A stretch of 64,000 nt of DNA from Rhizophagus irregularis (taxonomy: Eukaryota): positions 5,642,001 through 5,706,000 of the forward strand of contig NC_089434.1 in NCBI RefSeq assembly GCF_026210795.1. Direction: 5' to 3'. Each line of letters starts with the position of its first letter. Positions within the stretch are counted from its first letter, which is position 1. Below are positions 1 through 11,662 of the stretch, piece by piece. The notes under the pieces were generated by a model. The model was not told where the DNA came from, ran no database searches, and was given only the letters and a program-made list of their open reading frames with translations. The position numbers were made by a program, and so were the translations under genes.

Positions 1-264
1 AAGCTTCAAAGTCAAATTAGCAGATGATCAGCATATATATGAATTATTGAAAATTTCAACCTAAGGCTAAATTTGGAACCATATTTTATTTTGCTACAAT
101 ACTTTTATATTTAACTATTGATAACCTAAATTATTAAACAAGGCAGTTAAATATAATTTTTAGAACATTTATAGCTTGAGATAAGGCTTCAAAGTTAATG
201 TGATATCACATTTATTATGATCGGCAAATGATCAACATGTGATATAGGGTATGTCCGCCCTGTT
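1..264. mobile_element. Right part of a non-autonomous TIR element (AACAGGGCGGACA family, MULE-like)
   Basis: Ends ...ATGTCCGCCCTGTT at 264, the same terminus as the complete copy at 22772-23388. The interior aligns by eye with 35970-36193. Confidence 0.8.
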
Positions 265-274
265 CCTTGTGGAT

Positions 275-1134
275 AGCATAGCGAACATCTCTATTTTATC
301 ACAAATTTGCCAATCATTTGCCGATCATTTATTTGATCTTATCACATAATACATATGTCGTGACAAATCAATTTTACACAATAATAAATATAATAAGTGT
401 TTAAAATTTACAAATAACTTCACAGAATTTTAATTTTAATTAAAAATTTATATAAAACATAAAAATTAATACAAATACTAATAATTATATTAATAATTTA
501 ACCATGTTTAGTATAATATTTCAAACAGGTTATCTATATTACTTTCTATTATTTCTAAATTATTTTCAATATTCTCATCATTATTATCTTCACTTAAACT
601 ATTATCATCTTCATCTTCAACTAGAAGTTTTTCATTATCTTTAATGATGTAAATAATCTTTTTTATTAGAAATATATTAATAACAAATAATTGGCTAATT
701 TCTCTATAAGCAAAGAACTTGCATTATGGGTCAAAACCTTGCATTATTTTTTTTACAGATTATATATAATAAAAGGAATGTTCATGCAAAATTTCAAGTT
801 TCAGCTTTGCGTATTTGGCTTCGGCCTTCAATTTTTATCCTGAAACTTCAAATTATCACATATTAATAATTTTGCATATAAAAATTAAAAATTATATAAA
901 TTATTTAATTTAAAGTTATACAACAATAAAAGGTGGCATATTTTATTTTTTTCTTATTTAGGCATTTACTTTGCCTTGCACTTTTTCATAATTTAATCAT
1001 TTTTTAATAAAATAAAACTTGTGATCGGCAAATGATCGTCAAAGTGATATAAAGCATGTTAAAATAGCAGTATGTAAGCAGTTAGTATTTTTGTCAATAT
1101 AATTATTTTTTAACTACGTGAAATTTGCTATGCT
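275..1134. mobile_element. Non-autonomous MULE-like element
   Basis: Short TIR AGCATAGCGAA / TTTGCTATGCT. Flanking 9-bp near-duplication CTTGTGGAT (266-274) / CTTATGGAT (1135-1143). Subterminal inverted GCCGATCA / TGATCGGC motifs. Confidence 0.6.
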
Positions 1135-1435
1135 CTTATGGATACTGTATAATACTTTAAAATCAAAAATTCCCACAAATATTATTTTTATACTTCTCAG
1201 TAGAATTAAAAAGTCAATGTCAAAATATTATGGCATAGCCAAAAACAATTACGTTAGTACAAATGTTTACTAATAAAACATATAATTACGGCAAATTACG
1301 GCATTTTAATTACGTCTGTCATAATTCAAAAATTCAATTTCGCTGATAAGTATAATTATTTCTACAAATTATTTTGTATCTCTAAAATATTTCCACAAAT
1401 TAAAAATCTTTGTTTTCTTTTATCCATAATGATTA

Positions 1436-1570
1436 TACTTGCCACCCATATTAAATGAGATGGGAGAATCTCCTATCTTATCCCATTCCATTTGCCAAAA
1501 TCCCATCCCAAATTCCAAATTCCAATCCCACCCATATCACATATCCCATATTCCATCCCATATCCCAAAT
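1436..1570 (+). repeat. End of a dispersed repeat with CCCAT/CCCAAAT simple repeats
   Basis: CCCATATTAAATGAGATGGGAG followed by ATCCCA-type repeats. A homologous copy lies inverted at about 37200-37401. Confidence 0.55.
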
Positions 1571-1666
1571 AATTTCATTGGTCAATTATCACATGATGTT
1601 ACACAAATTTCCAAAAAAAGGAAATTTTGCTTTCCACAAAATTGGGAGATTTTGATTTCACAAGTA

Positions 1667-2627
1667 CAGTCAACTCTCTTTATAGTCACACATTTGGGAC
1701 AGTCCATATTTGGTGATTATAAAGAGATGTGACTATATAAAAAATTTCTTATATTAGTATATCATAATTCCGGCCAAAAATTGACATAATTTTGGCCAAA
1801 ATTATACTTAAAACTTTATTGTATCGTAACTCAGCCAATATTAATCGTAGAGGAATGATCTTACCGCCATTCGATTCGTCTCGATGAGACTGTTCTAATG
1901 GTATATAATACATTAAAATCTAATCACTAGATTAATTTCCGAAGTTAAAAAAATATTAATGGTTTTTGTGTAATAACTCTGCCAATATTGATCCTAGAGA
2001 GACAATCTTACTACCATTCGATTCGTCTTGATGCGACGAATCTAATGGTATAAGATACATCGAAATCCAATCACTAGATCAATTTCCGAAATTAAAAAAT
2101 ATTAAATGGTTTTTAAGTAGTAACTCCGTCAATATTGATCACAAAGAGATGCTCTTACCACCATTCAATTCGTCTTGATGAGGGGATTCCAACGAGCTAT
2201 TAATCGTCTTTTTAGAATCACTAGATACCGAGAAATTCAGCAAACTGTTAAATGGCGCAGTGAATGTAAATCAAGAAATATAATAATGCCGATGCTTAAC
2301 ATTTTGTTGAATAACACATCAGCCAGTGATCATGAAAGGATAAAACTACCACCATTCGATTCGTCTCAGTGAGACGATTCTAACAAGCTATGGTACATCT
2401 TTGTACGATTATTAGATGCCAAGTTATTTAATATATTCTTTATATAACTGTGATTATAAACGGTTCTTTTTAATATAAGATTTTTGAGGATAGGTGTGAT
2501 AGAGACTATAGATAGATTGTGACTATATAGGATAGATTTTAATAATAAAGTGTTTTGAACATTCAACTGGTGTGACTATATAGTAGAATGTGACTATAAC
2601 GGGAGTGACTATAGAGGGAGTTGACTG
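1667..2627. mobile_element. Non-autonomous Tc1/mariner (pogo-like) element
   Basis: TIR CAGTCAACTCTCTTTATAGTCAC / GTGACTATAGAGGGAGTTGACTG, with TA on both sides. No transposase. Confidence 0.85.
1827..2420. repeat. About four degenerate tandem ~150-190 bp units with a palindromic core
   Basis: Recurrent CCATTCGATTCGTCTYGATGMGACGAATCTAATGG-type core near 1868, 2014, 2161 and 2352. Confidence 0.8.
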
Positions 2628-3032
2628 TATTCCAAAAAAGGAAATTTTATTTTCCGCAAAAATTGGGCATATGAGCGTATTATAATAATTGGGCCTTTTT
2701 TAAGGTCACTGATCAGATGATTTCTGCATCCGTGATTTGCGCAGCTGATGCATAGCTATCCCGAACACACGAGAAAAAAAAATCTTTGTTTTTTTTGATT
2801 TAACCAATCGTTCTAACGTGTTCTAACGTTTAACCAATCATTTTAACTAAAGCTCTGAACGGTTTGGGCTAAACTGGGGAACTGATCCGAAACCGGCTCA
2901 AAATTCAGTTCGGTTCAGTTTGGGTATTAGAACTATACTTCCCAGCGAAATTAATTTAATTACGTCATTATACCTGACGTAATAAGCCGTAATAATTACG
3001 GTTTTAAATTTTAAAATGCCGATATGCCGTAA

Positions 3033-3187
3033 GGGCAGTGACATTTATTACGTAATATTTTAGGGGGTGGGAGGGTATTTAAAGGTCATATAACATATAA
3101 GTGTAACGTAAGATTTTTCATATTACATGGGGGTGGGGGAGTATGGGCTTATAGTAAATAGATATTACGTAATAAATGTCACTGCCC
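3033..3187. mobile_element. 155-bp MITE with TAA TSD (Zator-like termini)
   Basis: Perfect 26-bp TIR GGGCAGTGACATTTATTACGTAATAT with TAA on both flanks. The TIR resembles that of the 27801-30974 element. Confidence 0.9.
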
Positions 3188-3458
3188 TAATTAAATTAAC
3201 CTGTCAAATTAATTACGGCAGTAAAATTTAAATTATATTAAAATAGGAAATAGATCAACTAATAAACACATGATTTAACATGAGTATATTAAATGAACGT
3301 AGTATATAATCATGTGTTATATTTCTTAAATTTTTTTTTAAAATATTTCTTTGTCTTAAAAAATGCCAAATTTAAAATATTTTCTAAGGCGTGTACCAAT
3401 TAAACATTCTGATATAAAATAATACATTTTTTTATATATATTTTATACACTAATTATA

Positions 3459-5932
3459 ATGTCTACTCAAGAAACAAATGGTGGAAGTTCAAGTGGCGTA
3501 TTATTAAACACAAATAAAGAAAAAGGAAAACCAGGAAGAAAAAGAGGACCTGTTTGGATTCATTTTAATGATATTAGCACTAAAAAAGAAGGTCATATTG
3601 GTTGTAAATGCATGTATTGTGGCTGGACTCAAAACCGAGGAGAACCAGCCCAAATGCAAGCACATTTAGCTTTATCCTGTTCAAAAGTTCCTTCTACAAT
3701 TAAAATAGAATATTTACTTCTTATTAAACAAAATGCTGAAGAGCGAGTTACTAACTCTACTTCAACTGTCTCAAAAAAAAGATGTATTAATTTATCTCAA
3801 ACAAGAATAGATAAATTTTATGAATCTGACCAGATTGATAGTACCAAACAAGTATTATGCGATAAAGCTGTTGCAAAATTCTTTGTTTGTTGTGGTGTGG
3901 CATTTCATTTAATTTCTCATCCTTTTTTTATTGATATGGTTAAAAGTTTATGTAATGGATATGAGCCACCGTGTTCTACTACTTTATCCAATACACTTAT
4001 GAACAACGAACTTACTAAAATAACTGTTGATCAGCAACTTACGTTAGATAAAGAATCAGATTTAACATTAGGTAAAAAAATAAATTTTATTTTTAGATTT
4101 TTTAATTATTTAATAAATTTTGAATTTTTTAGGATTTGATGGCTGGACGAGCCCACGAGGTCAATCATTATACGTTTTTATACTTATTACACGTGAACGA
4201 AAGGAAATTATACATAGTTTAAAAAATCTATCATCAGAATCTCATACAGCAAAATTTTTAGCTGAAAAAATTAATGAAGTAATTACAAATATTGGGCCTG
4301 AAAAATTTTCTGCAGTTGTTTTTGATCATGCTGCTGCTTTGCGCATCTGCTAAACGAATCATTGCTGATACACATAAACATATTATTCCAATTAGATGTA
4401 TTGCGCATCACATTAATCTCATTACAACTGATATTTGTAAAACTTCATTTGCCAAAGAGGTTATTGCGAAGTGTACAAAGTTAGTAAAATTTTTCAAAAC
4501 ATCACATCAAGCTGGTGAAAAGCTTAAAATGAGTATAATTGATGATTCAGTTAAAGGTGGAAATCTCAAAACTTATGTCAAAACTAGATGGACAACAGCT
4601 TGGGATTGTACGAATTCTATTTTACGTCTTGAAAATCAGTTAAAAAATGTAAGTTTATTAATTATTAATTATAAAATGAATTAAAACGTGAAATTTATTT
4701 TATTTTATTTATTTATTAGTTATTAAATGAATGCCCGGAAATATTGAATAATGAAATTAAAAGTTTATTGCGAAGTAGATCATTTTTTAATGATGTTGAT
4801 GCCGTTAATACTTTATTAGGCCCAGTCAAATCAGCAGTAAAGGCTCTTGAATTCAAATCAACTACGCTTGCTGATTGTTTTGTTGAATTAATCAAGTTAT
4901 CACAAAGGATTAATTTCCTTCCACCAATATCAGATCAAAATTTTAAATCTACCTGTATTGAATTATTTAATAAAAGATGGAAACAATTCGATTTTGATCT
5001 TTATATTTTAAGTTATATGCTTCATCCATACTACCGAGGTAAATTGTGAATTTTTTTTTGAATTATTTATTTTTACACTAATCTTAATTAAATTATTATA
5101 TTTATACTTTAGGTAAAGGTTTACATCCAATGGTCTTTCGTGATGTTTGTCTTAATGCAATGAAATTGCTAAAAAATATGGGTGGTGGTGAAAATTCTTG
5201 TAGCGAATTAGTTGCTCAAATTCGCGCATTTACACAATATGAAAAACCTTATGATTTAGAGTATGTATTAGGAATAGATAATGTTTTTTATGGTGGCGAT
5301 TATGCAATCCAGTACGTCCTGAAGAACATTATATTCAACAACTTGCTATGAAGATTTTATCAATTACTCCACATAATGCAGGATGTGAACGTGTTTTCTC
5401 CATAATTGGTTGGATGGCTAATAAAAGGAGAACACGGTAAGTTAATATTTAATATTTAATATTACTATATTAAAAAAAGTATATTATGCCTTTAATTTAG
5501 TTTTAATGTATTTAATTTAGATTAAATGTTGAAAAACTTGAATCAATGGCGAAATTACATACGTACTATATAACAAATGCAAAGTCTGAGCTCAAATTTG
5601 CATATAACACACTTTCCGAAGATCAATTTCAAAATGAAATTCAAGAAACATTATCTGATCCTTCTTTTTTTGATGATGATGATGATAATAGTGATTATGA
5701 TGATGAAGATGAGGATTATGATCAAAATGAGGATGAGGGTGATGATACTGAGGCAGCTAATAATAATAATTTGGAAATTTCACGATGGGTTAATATTATG
5801 GATAAAGAATTGCAAGAACTACTTCAAACAGAAGTTAAAGTAGTAATTGATATTTCTCCTCCACCACCACTGGTAGATCACGGTTCTCAAGAATTTAATA
5901 TGGAAGAAGTGTTAGATAGAATTCTCACTTAA
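3459..5932 (+). pseudogene. hAT transposase (BED zinc finger, DUF659/RNase H-like core, hAT dimerisation motif), five exons, frameshifted
   Basis: BED finger W..F...CKCMYC...HL...C. Spliced GFDGWT (intron 4072-4132), RCIAHHINL, KTRWTT and HNAGCERVFS. Frameshifts near 4340 and 5290. Element termini not established. Confidence 0.9.
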
Positions 5933-6239
5933 AAACATAAAAATACATTGATAAATAAATTTTAATATTTGTTTGGTATAATTACCCATAAATTTTTATA
6001 ATGCTTAATTACGTCCAATATAAAATTGACCCGTAAACTATTTAAAATTATTTATTTATTGAAATTAATCGCTAAACGCTAACACATTTTATACATTTTA
6101 TTAAAAAAGAAAAAATTTTTTTACATCGAAAATATGATTCCGATGATTGGGTCGATCAGATGACAGATCACAGATCCATAAATTCGATCTCATCGATCAT
6201 TTTTTTTTATTTTAATCTTTTTCTTTAAAAAAAACAATT

Positions 6240-6825
6240 TTAAAACCGATTTGTTTTAAAAAAAAATGATATTTCGGTTTTCTTAAACCGATTTTTTTTT
6301 ATTTTTAAAAATTTAAAATCATTTATTTATTTTTTATTTATTAATTATTTTTTTAAAAACAATATTTCGGTTTTTTAAACCGATTTCTTTTTTATTTTTT
6401 TAATTTTTTTTTTTTTAAAAAAAATAATATTTCGGTTTTCTTAAACCGATTTTTTTTCTTTTTTAAAATCATCATTTATTTATTTTTTATTTATTAATTA
6501 TTTTTTTAAAAAACAATATTTCGGTTTTTTTAAACCAATTTTTTTTTATTTTTTTAATTTTTTTTAAAAAAAAATGATATTTCGGTTTTCTTAAACCGAT
6601 TTTTTTATTTTTTTTTATTTTTTTCTTTAAAAAAAATAGATATTTCGGACCAATTTAAAAAAACCGATTTTTTTCTTTTTTAAAATTTAAAATTATTTAT
6701 TTATTTTTTATTTATCAATTATTTTAAAAAAAAACAATATTTCGGTTTTCTTAAACCGATTTTTTTTCGTTTTTTAAAATATATTTTTTAAAAAAAAACA
6801 TTTCGGTTTCTTAACCGATTTTTTT
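6240..6825. repeat. AT-rich degenerate tandem repeat with a dyad core
   Basis: About nine copies of ATTTCGGTTTTCTTAAACCGATT separated by A/T runs. Confidence 0.8.
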
Positions 6826-7509
6826 TTTTTTGCTTTTTAAATTATTTTTTTTTATTATAATTATTTACTCTGAAGTTAGAATTGTAACTTTTTTAAAATC
6901 AAGAATACGGATCTTGGGTAAGTTGCCTTTTTTTAAAAAAAAATTACTTTTAGAAACGTTATTAACGTTTCTTTTGTCTTATTTTTTAGGACTTATACTT
7001 TTTCGGGTTGAAATTTCGACTTGAAAGGTATGAGGTTTTTTTAAAATTTGCTTTTTTTTTAGAAATTATTAACGTTTATTTTATTATATTTTGTAGGGAA
7101 ACATTTTCGGCTTCCTGGATTCTTCTAAGACATGAGTATGTTCTGTGTAGGGTTATTTTTATAATTTCTTTAAAGAATCATATTAACGTTTTTTCTTTTA
7201 ATTTCTCTGTAGGTTTTGGCTTTCTAATTCCTTCAGGATACAGGTATATGTGTGGGTGGGTATTCTTTTAATATTAACATTTCTTTTTTTATTTTTTATA
7301 GGGTTTTCCATAAACTGCTTTTCCATTTGTAATTTTTGCGATCTAATCATTATTGTTACATATATTAATAATTACGTCATTTAATTTGCAGTCTGTCCTA
7401 ACAAATAAATGAAAAATATCAATAGTGCTAAAACTAAAACTAAAAAAAAATAAAATAAAATAATTAAGTATATTGTTTAAGAACTCCATTAGGAAATTAT
7501 ATAGTGCGA

Positions 7510-7960
7510 AAAGTTGCGCAAGTTTACACATCATAATATTTCGTAAGCTTCCAGACCCGCCGCAAGTTTGCGTAAGCGTAATATTTTGTAACTTTTTAAA
7601 ATATTTCGAAATATTACGATATGCAAAGCTTCGTAATTTTACGATTTGTAATATTCCGTAATTTTGCAGTTCACAATATTTCGTAATTTTACATAATATT
7701 TCGTAAGTTTTCAGACCCGCCGCAAGTTTGCGTAAGCGTAATATTTTGTAACTTTTTAAAATATTTCGAAATATTACTGTATGCAAGGCTTCGTAATTTT
7801 ACGATTCGTAATATTCCGTAATTTTACTGCGTATTACTTCGCAACTTTTTAAAATATTTCGAAATTCTATGATGCGTAATGTTCCATAATTTGATGATTC
7901 GTAATATTCTGTGATTTTACACAACTTAATATTTCGTAATATTTCAAAATATTTCGATAA
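7510..7960. repeat. Left subterminal repeats of the Plavaka element
   Basis: Repeated TTCGTAA / ATATTTCGAAATATTAC motifs and a duplicated CAGACCCGCCGCAAGTTTGCGTAAGCG block. Confidence 0.75.
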
Positions 7961-8873
7961 ATAATACTTCATTTTCTGTACTATAAGTTTATATAATGTA
8001 TGTTTTATTAGATATAATTTTATTAAACCATAAAAAATTACAAGTATTTATTAATATATACAGAATACATAAAAGTAAAAAAAAGAAAGAGTAGAGTAAC
8101 AAATAACAATATTATTAGACGTAAAAAGAAGAGAAACAGCTATAGTAACATTAGTATTAGATATAAAGATAAAAGAAATATTGTTATTATTGTTAGTATT
8201 AAGGTAAAAAGAGTTAAAGAAACAGTAAAAGGAGTAAAAGAAACATGGATATTATTGTTAGTATTAAAGTACAAGTAAAAAGAAATAAAGGAAACGTAGA
8301 TAGTATTGTTAGTATTACGACATAAAGTAACAAAGAGGTAAAAAAAAACGCGTTAATATTAAAATAATTAGTATTAATAAATAAATATTTCTATACCTGC
8401 AAAGTAATTGAATAAAAGAATAAAGAAATAAAGAGAAAGGAAAAAATAAACATGTTGTTAGTATTGTTAGTATCGTTAGTATTAAAGTACAAGTAAAAAG
8501 GAATAAAGGAAACATGGATATTATTGTTAGTATTACGATACAAAATAACAAAGAGGTAAAAAAAAATGAAAATAATTAGTATTAATAAACAAATATTTCT
8601 ATACCTGCAAAGCAATAAATTATGAAATATATGTAAATATATTGTATATAATTAAAGAAATAATAGAAAGAAGAGACAAAAAAATTAAAAATATTGAACA
8701 AAAGAATAAAGAAATAAGAAACAAAAATAAATAAGACAAAAACGCGTGCATGATTAAATGATTAAATGATTAAATCACATGCAAGGATCAGCCTAATTTG
8801 ATTGGCCAGAAAATACGATATCGTAAAATTACGGAAATCTGCATTTTAAAAAATCACAGAAATTGTATATGCA

Positions 8874-9070
8874 CAATTACTAAATATTATCCCCTCGTGA
8901 TAAATTAAAAATTATCAACACAAATTCAACACAAATTTAACAAATTTAACGAAATTTGGCCAAAATTAACAAATTTTTACCAGAATTATCAACACAAATT
9001 GAACACAAATTGAACACAAATTTCAGCCACGATTTATTTATGTCACACCCGTGTTGTTAAGAATTAATAA
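8874..9070 (+). repeat. Internal inverted repeat, left arm
   Basis: About 200 bp that closely matches the reverse complement of 14786-14995. Contains AACACAAATT repeats and TGTCACACCCGTGTTG. Confidence 0.9.
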
Positions 9071-9146
9071 CCATTTTATTTATTAAAACTATATTAATTA
9101 TGGTAAAAAAAATGCTATTACGTGTGATATATATAAAAAATAATAT

Positions 9147-10562
9147 TTATTTCCTATGCAACCCATAATTCTCTAATAAACTATTTACATACCGACCTTC
9201 CTCCTCCGTGTTATAAGAGTCAATAGAAAGTATATCATCGTCAGCTATGCCATCATTGGCCGCACCATCGCTTGCCGCACCATCGTTCGCCGCATCATCA
9301 TTAGCCACACCATCGTTAGGCCTACCATCGTTAGTCACACCATCATCAGCCGCACCTGCTCTATCGTCAGCTGCTCTATCACCACCATCATCTACATCAT
9401 TACCATCATGAGAATCATCGTCCGAATGTGTAAATTTATCCCTATTTTCCAACTTTTGCTAAAAATCAATAAATAAATAAATAAACTGTAATTCAAATAA
9501 TTCACATTTTGCAAATTGTAAATTAAAAACTTACTAAGTTGTTGATTATCTTCGACTTCATTATACTTTCGCTCATTTGAATGTTTTGATTATTAGGATT
9601 TAAGTACGTTTCACATATGCTAATCGCATACGCTATTTGTGTTTTTGAGGGATTTTTATTTTCTTTTCGCAACTTATCAATTATCAGCGACATATATGTC
9701 GTAGGTTGCCCATCTTTAACCTTTTTAAATAGGTTGTTGTAACATCTTTTTACCTCCGCCTTACTCTTCCATTCCTGAATCTTTGACAGACTAGCCTGAG
9801 TGTTAATAGACGGTAATTTATACCCAGTCGCTTCGAAAACAGAATACATAACGTCTTTAACTCTAGACGTGAACGTCCCTCGTATGCTTCTATGTTGTTG
9901 TACTAACTATTAAAAAAAAATGTTAGTATGAAATTTAATAAAATTCATAATTGCTTTAACTTACAGTCGGGGCAATTTTTTTTTCGAAAAAAATAATCCA
10001 TTGATTTTTTTTGAACTGGCGCATAAATTCCAGATTTTCATCTTTTAAATATTTTTCGGTAGCGAGTTTGTACTCGTCTTGCGAAGGATAAACAAAATTT
10101 TCAAATAAAATTTTCGACACCTTCTTAACGAGCTCCTAATCAAACGAGGTTAGCATTTCAGGTTTACATTAAATAATATTCATCTTTATTACCTTTACAT
10201 ACTCTGGATCTATTGTATTATTATTATTTTTGTTATTATCGTTGAGCTTTTTTCTATGCTCGAGAGACGGGTTTCGAGATTTTTTTGTCCGGTGATAAGA
10301 ACTTCAAGCTTAGAAATTATCTGCGAATTGGTTCTTAATAGTTTTTCTATTGTTTTTTTATTAACTTTAACAATAAAATATAATTTAACTATATATTATA
10401 TAATTTCTTTTATAAAGAATATGATACATATCATGTCATATATACCATCAACGCTATCATCAGATATTCTCACTCGCTTCTCAGCTTCGCTACCTCAGTA
10501 CTACATTTTGAAAATCTTTTATTATCGTCAATTCTTCGTTTCTCGCCACGCTTTGTAGCCAT
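9147..10562 (-). pseudogene. Accessory gene of the Plavaka element (coiled-coil N-terminus, Asp/Ala-rich tail), about five exons, function unknown
   Basis: Starts MATKRGEKRRIDD. The 9523-9849 and 9147-9452 ORFs are joined through GT-AG introns. Apparent frameshift in exon 1. Divergent from the transposase. Confidence 0.65.
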
Positions 10563-11199
10563 TATAATAATAAATTTGAAACGAAAATATGAGAAAAATG
10601 AGGAAATATATGAGAAAAAAGAGGAAATATATGAGAAAAAGGTGAACTAGAAAATTCGAAAAGGATGAGGAAAAAGGGGGAAATACATGAATCAGAAATT
10701 CAGAAAAAGGAGGCAAGCTGTCATAAGGTAATTTCCGCCATTCTATACTAAAAAAGAAAAAAAACTTGCGAAATATTGCGAAAAATGGATGAACTAATGC
10801 GAAATATTACGAAAAATGAATGTACTAATGCAAAAATTTTGCATCGTGATATTACGAAAAAATATTGTAACACTTTCATAAGAGAACTTTAAAAAAAAAC
10901 TCTCGTAAAAGCACATAGTACAATCGAAATATTAATCAAATCCAATTTATAAAAAAATAACATGTTACACATGTTGGGGCTTTTATGCATGGAAAAAAAA
11001 GTTGCAGCCAGTGAACTCATTTGGCTGATCAGATTGATAGTGATCTTGAGCGCTTATAACCTGATTATCGCATAAATTTGTGGCTGATCATCCGTCCATT
11101 ATTGTAAAAGTGATTTGCCGTGTTAAGCCAATAAATTTGCGGCTGATTATCAGATGATTAGCCGATTGAATAAGCCATCCGAATTCTTACAGCCCGTTA

Positions 11200-11414
11200 C
11201 AGCAAATTCAAAATATGCGAAACACTCAGCACTTTTGCTGTCAGATTCACTTGGCAGGTTGCCGGCAAATTGAAATAGTAAATAAAATAATAAACAATAT
11301 TTATATGGTACATCATAGACTTGTTACATTTATTTTTAGATTTGCCAACCCACGAACTCGGCAAGTTCCCGACAGCAAAATTGCTGAGTGTTTCGCATAT
11401 TTTAAATTTTGCTA
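11200..11414. mobile_element. Tc1/mariner-type MITE in the divergent intergenic region
   Basis: About 42-bp IR CAGCAAATTCAAAATATGCGAAACACTCAGCAC with TA on both flanks. Confidence 0.7.
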
Positions 11415-11662
11415 TAATGCGTAAAATTGCGAATGATTCTGCGATATTAGCCACCAGATTCTTACAGCCAGTTCCATTCATTAATGCGTAAATTTGCGTA
11501 GTCGTGTCTATTCAAATAACTCAATCAATTGTAATCCATTCAATTAATTCATTAAATTTTTACAATGAATTTGCAATATAATTTTATTAGCACACATAAT
11601 CTCATATAAATTAAATAGTGAATTGATACTTTTCATCAAATTTGACACGTTAATTTAGTAAC

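Noticed and set aside
1439..2566. Short ORFs such as 1439-1732, 2175-2372, 7343-7786, 8315-8615, 22670-22957, 23325-23723, 32648-32989 and 62984-63348
   Set aside because: They lie in repeats or MITEs, are low-complexity, and show no domain signal. Antisense ORFs over real genes were also treated as shadows.
2934..6081. TIR pair for the hAT element (TATACTTCCCAGCGAAATTAATT versus AATTAATCGCTAAACGCTA)
   Set aside because: Only partial similarity and no 8-bp TSD, so the boundaries are left undefined.
11200..11414. Symmetric bidirectional promoter between the divergent genes
   Set aside because: TA|CAG...|TA ends indicate an inserted MITE.
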